Below the pieces are notes generated by a model that worked only from the letters and a program-made list of their open reading frames with translations, was not told where the DNA came from and made no database searches. 32,675 nucleotides of DNA from Cladosporium halotolerans. Taxonomy: Eukaryota. Location: assembly GCF_011745625.1 (NCBI RefSeq), contig NW_027191526.1, positions 1 to 32,675 on the forward strand, written 5' to 3'. Shown here piece by piece: positions 23,900 through 32,675 of the stretch. The first letter of the stretch is position 1; every line of letters begins with the position of its first letter. The position numbers were made by a program, and so were the translations under genes.

Positions 23900-25520
23900 G
23901 TTAATTAATCCCGTGCAATTTCCACTACACGAACCGTATTTCGACTTAACACCAATCAAAGTCACGCATACGAAAACTATCCAACAAAGTATCTTATAGA
24001 AGGGTTAGTTCTAAATATTAACTAATTATTAATAGGAAAAATTATTAAATAGCCAAACTTATTGCGCATACTCCTTTCAGCGCCTGACGAGTGGTTAGTA
24101 CCTATCTGAGATTAAATTCACCGTGATGTGGTGACTCACGATTACTAGTAATTCCTTATTGATGCAGTCGAATTTCAGACTACAATCCATGTTTTATTCT
24201 GTTTTAAGGATTAGCTAAAGTTCACACTTTCGCCTCCTTTTGTACAAACATATGTGGCACGTCTATAGCCCACAATATTAAGGTCATGATGACTTGTCTT
24301 CATCCCTGTTATCATATCCAATGAATTGGTGAACTGCTTTATATAATAAAATAAAGCAAGGGTTTACGTTAATTTAATGGATCTAACCAAAGTCTCACGA
24401 CATTAACTTTAGACAGCCGTGCAACACTTGTATTATTTATCTTATCTATCTTTTTTAGGTATTAACCATATAAATATACTGGCTAATTGATAGGGGGTAG
24501 GAAGAACCCCTTATAATAATAAATTTTATTCAAATTGTGGTAAGGTTTTTCGAGGGTCATCGAATTAAATAACATACTTCACTACTGGTTTCAGAAACGG
24601 TCTAATGATTTCAGTTCCTGCGTTGCCGCATTACTCTTGAGGTGGAATGCTTACACTTTCATTTATACACTAAAAATTTTAATATATAACATTCATAATT
24701 CTCTGCTTGGACTACTAGGGTATCTAATCCTATTCGCTCCCCAAGCCTTCGTCCCTCAACGTCAGTTATTACATAGAGGTTTGCCTTCGCCGTTATCCGT
24801 CCCATTAGTATCAAAATATTCTATCACTACTCCAATGGTTCTAATATTTTCCTCTCACATAAAACTCTAGTAAATCTGTTCCCTTTTGAGGCTAGATATA
24901 CTGTCTAGGTACCCTTTAAACCTAATAAAGATGAATAACACTAGTCTTACTTGTATTGCCGCGACTGCTGGCACAAGATTTGGTCAAGACATATAGATAG
25001 AAAACTGTCATTATCAATCATCTATCTAGAACTTTATACGACATAGCCGTTTATTTCGATATATTAAAAAAACTAAATATCGCATTCCCCCAAATTGCTG
25101 GTTCGGCCGTTAGGCCATTGACCAATATTCCTCACTGCTGTACTAGACGTATTGGGGTTTTTTCAGACCCAATGTGGTCGATCAACCTCTCAGTTTCGAC
25201 TACGAGGTAAAGCTAGTTAAGTCGTTACCTTAACTACTACTTACTCGAAAATATTTTGAGCATCTTAAAGCGAAAAACTTTTTTCTTTTGTATAATCAAC
25301 TTAAATCAGTATCATATACTTTATAAGGAATTTTCTTCCCTACTTTAAGGTAGACGTAAAATATTATATACTCACCTTTACACCACTTCATTTTTCTTAC
25401 TACGCTTGATTTATAATATAAATCGAAAAGTATAGCAATAAAATGACGTACGATTAGCATGTGTCAAGCCTTTGGACAGCGTTCAATCAGAGCCATCATC
25501 AAACTCAATAAAAAAAATCT
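23900..25520 (-). rRNA. rns: Small subunit rRNA (ends approximate)
   Basis: GAGTTTGATGATGGCTCTGATTGAACGC near the 5' end, GTGCCAGCAGTCGCGG, GGATTAGATACCC, AAGTCGAAATACGGTTCGTGTAGTGGAA near the 3' end. Confidence 0.95.
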
Positions 25521-25813
25521 TATTATGTATCATATATATAAAATATATTACTATTGTATTATATATACTTTTTGTTATGTTAAAAATTTTACCTATAAGT
25601 CAACTAAAAATTACCTGTAATACTGCTTTTTACCTATAAATAAATAATATATCTGAAAGAAGAAAATTTTCTTCATTTTAATAATTGTCCAGTAGGCTAT
25701 AATTAACTATAAAAGCAAGTTGTATTTGCGAGCGCTTTGCGTTATAAATAATAAAAAGAGAAATTGAGGTTATGCAAACAATTTAAGTACAGTAATAAAT
25801 TATAGTAATTAAA

Positions 25814-25885
25814 TAAGAGCTATGAGATTCGAACTCATATTACAATGATTAAAAGTCACATACTTTACCGTTAAGTTAAGCTCTC
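25814..25885 (-). tRNA. trnK: tRNA-Lys(UUU)
   Basis: Acceptor GAGAGCT/AGCTCTT, loop CT TTT AA. Confidence 0.93.
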
Positions 25886-26012
25886 TTAGTTATAATGTTA
25901 TATAACTCTTTACAATGCCATCGATCACGAAGCGCTCAAAGTATCTTTAACTATTTGATTAACGACCTGGCATATTTTACCCAATTATAATTTAAGTTAT
26001 TCAATATGAAAA

Positions 26013-26085
26013 TCAGGTTATTATGATTCGAACATAACTACTCCTCAACCCAAATGAGGCGCCTAACCAACCCGGCCCTAACCTG
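26013..26085 (-). tRNA. trnP: tRNA-Pro(UGG)
   Basis: Acceptor CAGGTTA/TAACCTG, CCTCA-TT TGG GT-TGAGG. Confidence 0.94.
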
Positions 26086-26841
26086 TTTTTTTTACCTTAT
26101 TAAGCGTTATTATAATTTTTGTTATATGCTTTTATTTATAGAGATTAATAAATTATAATAAAATATACTATTATAAGGTATGCGGTCTTAGCGCTTTGCG
26201 AGCGCGAAGCGAGACAAATAAAAAGATATGAATATATTTATATAATTTACCGTTTTAGCGCTTTGTGGCGTAGATAAATATTTAGGGCGAAGCGTTCAAT
26301 AGATAGTTTAAATATACCGGTTGACTAAACTTAAAATTATAAATTAAAAGTCTTTCCCTGTTATTATAATAGTAAATTTTTAATATTAGCACTAGACACT
26401 ATTAACTTAGTTTTTTTATTAAACGTTATAACCTAGTTTATCTAGATCTTGTAACTCTTTAGTATACTCATTATGTATAAAACCTATAGGATTACTAGTA
26501 ATAATTAACATATTAAAGGTTAAAAGTAAAATTGTTATATTTATATTGGTGTACTACAACTATAATCTCCCATAATGTCCAGTGTAGATTTGTCTATTAC
26601 GTATTTAAGTATAACACGGTATATTTTACTATTTTCTTTAAATTTCACCTAGCGCAAAGCTAGCAAAGTAAGTATACAAAAGTCTTTAATAAATATTTAT
26701 AATAGATTTACCGGGTATACTACGTAATCATCTACTGTGGATTTATGTATGAATACATAAATGCCAGCTTTATTGTAATTATATTTATAGATAATTTTCT
26801 TCTGCTTTGCAGGGTTATCATAATAAAAATAGCATTTTAAT

Positions 26842-26929
26842 CAGAGAATATCCGATTCGAACGGATGTTAGTATACTTTACTAAAATAAGTTTCAAGCTT
26901 ATCGCTATAAACCACTCAGCCAATTCTCT
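26842..26929 (-). tRNA. trnS: tRNA-Ser(UGA)
   Basis: ATAAG-CT TGA AA-CTTAT, long variable arm. Confidence 0.94.
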
Positions 26930-26930
26930 T

Positions 26931-26957
26931 TTTAGCGCGAAGCGAGCGCAAAGCAAC
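26931..26957. repeat. Representative copy of a dispersed GC-rich repeat family (TTTAGCGCGAAGCGAGCGCAAAGC and its complement)
   Basis: Related copies near 5820, 5845, 23494, 23761, 26188, 27335, 27506, 27856, 28838, 29733, 31515 and elsewhere. Confidence 0.85.
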
Positions 26958-27051
26958 AAAAGGGGGGGATATAAATAGAAGACAATAATAAAAGATAAAT
27001 ATTATAGTAATAATAAGATTAATAATAGCCAATACCTAAATTAATAATTAA

Positions 27052-27109
27052 ACTACTACTATTGCTACTATTACTACTCTTACTATTATTACTACTATTA
27101 CTACTACTA
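27052..27109. repeat. Imperfect (TAC/TAT)n microsatellite
   Basis: ACTACTACTATTGCTACTATTACTACT...ACTACTATTACTACTACTA. Confidence 0.75.
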
Positions 27110-27148
27110 AAGAATAATAAATAACTTATTGATTAATCACCTTGTGAT

Positions 27149-27220
27149 TGATTCCTCGACGACTTGAACGTCGAACATACTCTTATCAAAAGTATACTTT
27201 ACCTATTAAGTTAAGGAACC
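27149..27220 (-). tRNA. trnI: tRNA-Ile(GAU)
   Basis: Acceptor GGTTCCT/AGGAATC, loop TT GAT AA. Confidence 0.94.
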
Positions 27221-27259
27221 TAGTTAACCTGTTTAGCAATAGACTAAAATAAGGTAAAT

Positions 27260-27331
27260 CAAGAGCACTCAGACTTGAACTGAGAATTTGAAGTTTGAAG
27301 CTTCCTATTTTGCCAATTAAACTATACTCTT
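27260..27331 (-). tRNA. trnW: tRNA-Trp(UCA)
   Basis: Loop CT TCA AA, consistent with TGA=Trp. Confidence 0.94.
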
Positions 27332-27419
27332 TGTTTTAGCGCGAAGCAACATATTTATAACTTAACGATTTAGCGCGTAGCTAGCTGTATAAATAGGCGC
27401 TCGCTTTGCAATTTCTAAG

Positions 27420-27500
27420 CGGAAAAGAGATGATTTGAACATCCAGGTGTTAAAACACAATATTTAGCAAATATCTTGCCCTACCCATGGCGACTTTTCC
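27420..27500 (-). tRNA. trnS: tRNA-Ser(GCU)
   Basis: Acceptor GGAAAAG/CTTTTCC, anticodon GCT, long variable arm. Confidence 0.92.
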
Positions 27501-27546
27501 TTTGTCTCGCTTCGCGCTAAAAGGCTAATTTTTTTTATAAATAGTG

Positions 27547-27619
27547 CGAGTTAAGTCGGCTACGATCCGACATCTACTTTCTCGACAAGAAAGTCCTTTA
27601 CCAATTAAGTTATTAACTC
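27547..27619 (-). tRNA. trnD: tRNA-Asp(GUC)
   Basis: Acceptor GAGTTAA/TTAACTC, CTTTC-TT GTC GA-GAAAG; atypical T loop ATCGTAG. Confidence 0.92.
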
Positions 27620-27636
27620 TAAGTATTGCATTATTA

Positions 27637-27707
27637 TACAGCCAACCGAATTCGAATCGGTGCACTTCGTTTGGAAGACGAACGGTCTACCGTTAACCTA
27701 TAGCTGT
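27637..27707 (-). tRNA. trnG: tRNA-Gly(UCC)
   Basis: TTCGT-CT TCC AA-ACGAA. Confidence 0.95.
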
Positions 27708-28719
27708 TTATATTAACTCGTTAATTATTAGGTAATGTTTACTGTTTATTAGCGAAAATATATTTCCATTACTAACTTTGCTAAAAAAATATGATACGTA
27801 TACATTACATTACTAATGTAAATTATGATATATATTTTTATTTAGTTATTAATTTCTCGCTTCGCGCTAAAAAACATAAGCTAAAAAGCTAATCAAATAA
27901 CGATGTAGTACGCTAAAAAGAAAATAGCCTTTATACACCTTAATACCTTTTCTATTATAATAACATCGTTATCAATGTTGACATAAGTCCCGTTTATGTT
28001 ACAAAGTTTCTGCATACTTATTTTTGAAGATAAGGGTGTTAGTTACTTAGTATCTAGGTAGTTATCGCTCCTTACTAAAAAGAAAAAATATCTTCAAGGT
28101 GAGTTATTATGCTGTTTTTGATGAGGTCTGGCATTATTGTAATTACTTATACTTACGTAATAAATGTCCGGCGTATTACTATTGGTTAGATTATTTACCT
28201 CCTCTTTTGATACACAGTTATTGGCATTAGTTTAGTGCCAACTAAAAAGAAAAAACAAGTACACTTGTTCAAACTTTTTTACAAATTTTGTCTAGCTAAA
28301 CCCTTTAGTTGAAAATATATATCATTAACTAATTAGCCATAAAAATTTAAAATAATTTTTCTACTGAGACTACTTTTTTTCTCCTCCAAATTTTGGTGGG
28401 CTTCATTTTTGCTCATCATTAGACATTTGTGGACTTCCTTTTTATACGACAATTCGATAATTAATTATAGCTAAATGCGAATTATATTAAGACATTAACC
28501 TTCTCTATATTTTACACTCAGATATTTAACTATATTATGATTAAGTTACAATAAATAATTTTTTATCCTGGGTAATACAATGCCCTACTAGAAATGTCTT
28601 TATCAGAGGGAAAGATAAACAATAAGGTAGAAAAAGAGATAAGTGCAGTATTTGAAAACCTTTATGTTAAATGAATTATAGATGAAAGCAATAGTATATA
28701 CTTATTTTTATAAGGTAAA

Positions 28720-30616
28720 TCTTATGTTTAAAGGTATGTTTGTTGGTTATAAAAAATATACTGGAAAGGACTAAAGCCAAGATGATAAAAAATAAAATAT
28801 ACAAGAACAATAAATCAGAAATAATTAGTAAGAAAGCACTCGCTTTGCGCTAAATAAATAATAATAACGCACAATTATTTAGTAATGTATTAGATATGTA
28901 ATGAACTATTTCATCATTAATGATGGTAAGTATATAAAGAAACTATTACGGATATACAGAGCTATATATTAAAGATTATAAACTAAAATATTCTTGGAAA
29001 AATCCATTTTATAAACGTAGCGAATTGAAATATCTTAGTAGCTTCAGGAATAAAAATCAAATGAGATTCCATAATTAGCTATAACTGTTATGGAAAAGCC
29101 TTTAAAGTAAAACGGAAATAATCTGTTTGAATTTAGGGAAACCTTTCTCTAAGGCTAAATATAATATATAAGCGATAGCGAAAAAGTACCGTGAGGGAAA
29201 TATTTGAAATAGTAGTTTTATAAGCAGCTCAAGTTTAATTTAAAAGTATAATTAGAGCGTACCTTTTGCATAATGGGTCAGCAAGTTAATGTTAGATGCG
29301 AGTAGAGTTCGAAAAGAGTAAAACTAGTATTAGGAAAGCTTTATTTTTTAATGATTTCTCGAAAAGAGTAAAAGTAAATTTAAACAGGTTATTTTTTACT
29401 TTTTTCAAAAAAGGAAAAAATATGAAATAAAAAGGAACTAATATGAAATGAAATGAATAGGTAATAGTATCTCTTACCTAGATAAACCAATTATTAATTA
29501 ATGATTAAGTATCTAATGTTAGACCCGAAGCCTAGTGATCTTACCATGATCAGGGTTATAAAGGCCCGAACGGGTTATCGTTGTAAAGATATCCGATGAA
29601 TTGTGGTAAGTTAGTGAAAGACAAAACTGACTAGGATAGCTGGTTTTCTGCGAAACCTATTTAAGTAGGTAATGTAAATAACATCATAGCAGGTACAGAA
29701 CTGTGATCTCGGACAAATCATGTTATTTTTTTTGCGCGAAGCGAGAAAAGGATAACATGGTTTTGTATACATCGGGGAATCGTGAAGATTTTATCGGCGA
29801 GAATTTGCTCTCGGAAGGGCAATGATGGATTTTGCATAATCGGACATAGTACGATAAGGTTGTATGTCTAAAGGGAAACAGCCCAGAACAAGAGTTAAAG
29901 GTTCCAAAATTATTGTTAAGTGAAAATAAGGAAGTTTTCTTCAAATACAACCAGGAAATAGGCTTAGAAGCGGCCATTTTTTGAAGACCTCGTAACAGAG
30001 CACTGGTTTACATTTAAAAGTTGAAAGCACCGAAAATTTAACGGATCTAAAACAATATACCGAAACCTTGTCTATAAGTAAATATATTTTGAGATTTATG
30101 TGTGAAAGCACTTACAAAGCGCTAAAAAGTGCTTATAATTAATTTTTATCTTAAATACTGTTTATTTGTAGGGTAGCAGAACGTTGGGCATATCTTAGAC
30201 TTAGTTTTTTTATAATTAAGTAGGTTTAGCGTAAAGATCGGTATTAAAAAACACCTAAGTTTAAATCTATCTGTTTGAGGTTTAAAATTTATTTGTTTGA
30301 GGTATTTAGAGAATCGTTGAATAAGATGACCCCAAGTGATAATGCTGGCATGAGTAACGAAAAAGGGATATCCCCTCGCCTTAAGCTTATGGTATTTTAA
30401 TTAAGTAACGGCCTCTAAGTTTATAACAGTCCTAAAGGACTAAACGATGAGAAAGATCTTAAGATGTGACCTAACAACATTTTTTTGTAGACAATGTTCT
30501 GGAAAAAGGCACACAATATTAATAACCATAAAAATGGAATACATATAAATAACCGTACCTAGATACTACCACAAGTAAGCAAGTAGAGTATACAAAGGCG
30601 TTTGAGTTAACAATCA

Positions 30617-30653
<37 letters not shown>

Positions 30654-32338
30654 TAAGGTGTGCCATTCTTCTTAAGTAATATTAAGTTAAGGATAGGAGG
30701 CATAGAGTGGTGTTGTACGACTGTTTAATTAAAACAAAGCACTTTGCATAAGATGATAAATCAAAGTATTGAGTGTGAATTCTGCCCGATGTTGGCTGGT
30801 TAACGAATTTTCTTAGCCGACTAAAATAAGCTAGGTTTTGAAGGAAACCCCAATCAATGGCGGCCTTACCGATGAGGGTCCTAAGGTAGCGGAATACCTT
30901 GGCCGTTAAATGCGGTCTTGCATGAATGATTTAACGATACAACAGCTGTCTCAATGATTGGCTCAGTGAAATTGGAATAACTGTGCAGATACAGTTTACC
31001 TCTAGTTAGACGAGAAGACCCTATGCAGCTTTACTGTTTGTAGTTATTGGATACAATTGAACCAGTTGTAGCGTATAAGGTAGTTGATAAGATACAATTG
31101 AAACACCTTTACTTAGTTTATTGTATAAGTAGGATACTGATTACTAGTATTAATCAGAAAAACTACAAAGCTTATCCTATAAAAAGAGATATAAGGCACA
31201 CACGCTTTATATTTGGAAACATTTGCTATTAGACAGTTTATGCGGGGCACAGATCCCACAAAAAGTACCTGGGTGTATCCAAAGTTAATTTTGTAAATTT
31301 ATTGGTAATATATTTTTTCCAATAGATAAATATATTATATAACAAAAGCTTTTGCAAATATTGTATAATGTATTATTTTTTAATCTGTAATGTATTGCTT
31401 TCAATATATTCAGTTATTTATCTATTAAGTTAGATTTATTTATTTTTTTTTAAGTAAGATTTTAACTATATGGAAAATAGATGTAAATAAAACACTAACC
31501 ATCTTTAGCTATATCGCGCTTTGCGAGAAAAAGTAGCAATGTTAAAAGTAGTGTTTTAGTTTATTTCCTTAATATGCTTTTGGTATTAAGGAAATGATTA
31601 TTATTTTACTTTAAAAGTTTAATGGCTTAATCTTGCTTTACTGTTTGACTTACACGTCTATCAGTTGCGTAAGCAGGGCATATGATCACAAGATGCATAA
31701 AGGAAAGGTCTTGGATTTTTGAAAAAGCTACGCTAGGGATAACAGGCTAATTGCGCCAGAGAGTACAAATTGAGTGCGCAGTTTGGCACCTCGATGTCGG
31801 CTTAGCTCATCCACATGAACGCAGAAATCATGAAGGGTTCGACTGTTCGTCGATTAAAGAGCTACACGAGCTGGGTTAAATACGTCGTGAGACAGTATGG
31901 TTTCTATCTTCTAGAGGAAATTAGAGTAAAATAAGGATAGCCCCTTCGTACGAAAGGAGTTGGGTATGGTAACCTCTGGTTTACCTGTTGTTTATGTATC
32001 CAATATTATAAATTTTATAAAAATCTAAGAAAAGGATATATATCGGAATATCGAAGTAGATGATGTAGACTCACCTTCGGTTTTTATCATCCACTATACA
32101 ATATATACATCATAGGCACGGCAGGAAACCCACGTTAGTTATAGATAAGTGCTGAATGCATATAGGCGCGAAGCTTATCTTAAGATACTCTTAAATGTAC
32201 GTGGTATAATACTACGAGTATTAGTGTGAGCGTATCACAAAATGTGCGTTATACATTAATACTGTATAGGCTTTTTCTTTAATGATTTTGATGTCTTCAG
32301 GTAAAAAGTACTAATTTTATTAAAAACTAAGTAAGAAA
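28720..32338 (+). rRNA. rnl: Large subunit rRNA, no intron detected (ends approximate)
   Basis: GAATTGAAATATCTTAGTA, AGTACCGTGAGGGAAA, AAGGAACTCGGCAAA, GACGAGAAGACCCTATG, GGGATAACAGGCT, GGCACCTCGATGTCGG, CGTACGAAAGGA. Confidence 0.93.
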
Positions 32339-32521
32339 CATATCATACATAACTTATATTACTATATAGTAAGCATTAAATTACATTTTTTGATTTGCTA
32401 GATAGAGCAATAATAACATTATTTATTACTTTGTGTCGCACACACGCTTTACGAGTGATGCGCTAATAAAGCGCTAAATGTTCTACTTATGTGTGAAATC
32501 GGTAAAAATTGCTAAAATTTA

Positions 32522-32592
32522 GCCTGGTTAGCATAAAAGCAATGCACCCGTTTTGTAATCGGAAGAAGTAAGTGCGATACTTACACTGGGCT
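32522..32592 (+). tRNA. trnT: tRNA-Thr(UGU)
   Basis: Acceptor GCCTGGT/ACTGGGC, loop TT TGT AA; usual position after rnl. Confidence 0.9.
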
Positions 32593-32675
32593 ATAATAAT
32601 TTAATGGTAGATATTAAAGACAATTACTTAATGCTTTAGCTAGCAAAGCAAAATATATTGTTATGTAAAGAAATG

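Noticed and set aside
26400..26620. Short coding-like minus-strand stretch between trnS and trnP
   Set aside because: Multiple stops, under 50 open codons and no recognisable motif.
17577..31232. Track ORFs 17577-17759, 19396-19608, 22828-23016, 24637-24870, 29723-29977 and 31047-31232
   Set aside because: They overlap tRNAs, cob (antisense) or rRNAs and have no protein motifs.
31270..31620. AT-rich stretch in rnl as a possible intron
   Set aside because: No group I or II core motifs seen; it fits an expansion segment containing a GC-repeat copy.
32593..32675. Loss of trnE, trnL, trnA and trnF
   Set aside because: These normally lie between trnT and trnQ, which is the interval cut off by the window ends.

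Overview
AT-rich, nearly complete mitochondrial genome of a filamentous ascomycete (Pezizomycotina; genes on both strands and no rps3/mL2449 intron suggest Dothideomycetes, which is inference). It uses genetic code 4 (TGA=Trp), so the supplied ORF track fragments most genes. Present: all 14 core OXPHOS genes, rns, rnl and 19 intact tRNA genes (trnE, trnL, trnA and trnF not seen, probably just outside the window). There are three group I introns: nad5 with an intact LAGLIDADG ORF fused to the exon, nad1 with a decayed LAGLIDADG, and cox3 with only a stub. Most notable: (1) cox1 has no stop at its usual end and reads in frame into a 299-codon orphan membrane-protein extension; (2) a decayed PD-(D/E)XK-like nuclease ORF lies between an exact trnV duplicate and a degenerate trnR; (3) several broken tRNA copies carry compensatory stem changes and abut nad2, rns and trnQ; (4) two tandem hairpins with a shared loop sit upstream of atp6; (5) two perfect long inverted repeats; (6) an intact 178-aa orphan ORF; (7) a dispersed GCGAAGC mini-hairpin repeat family. 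All coordinates and translations were read by hand.
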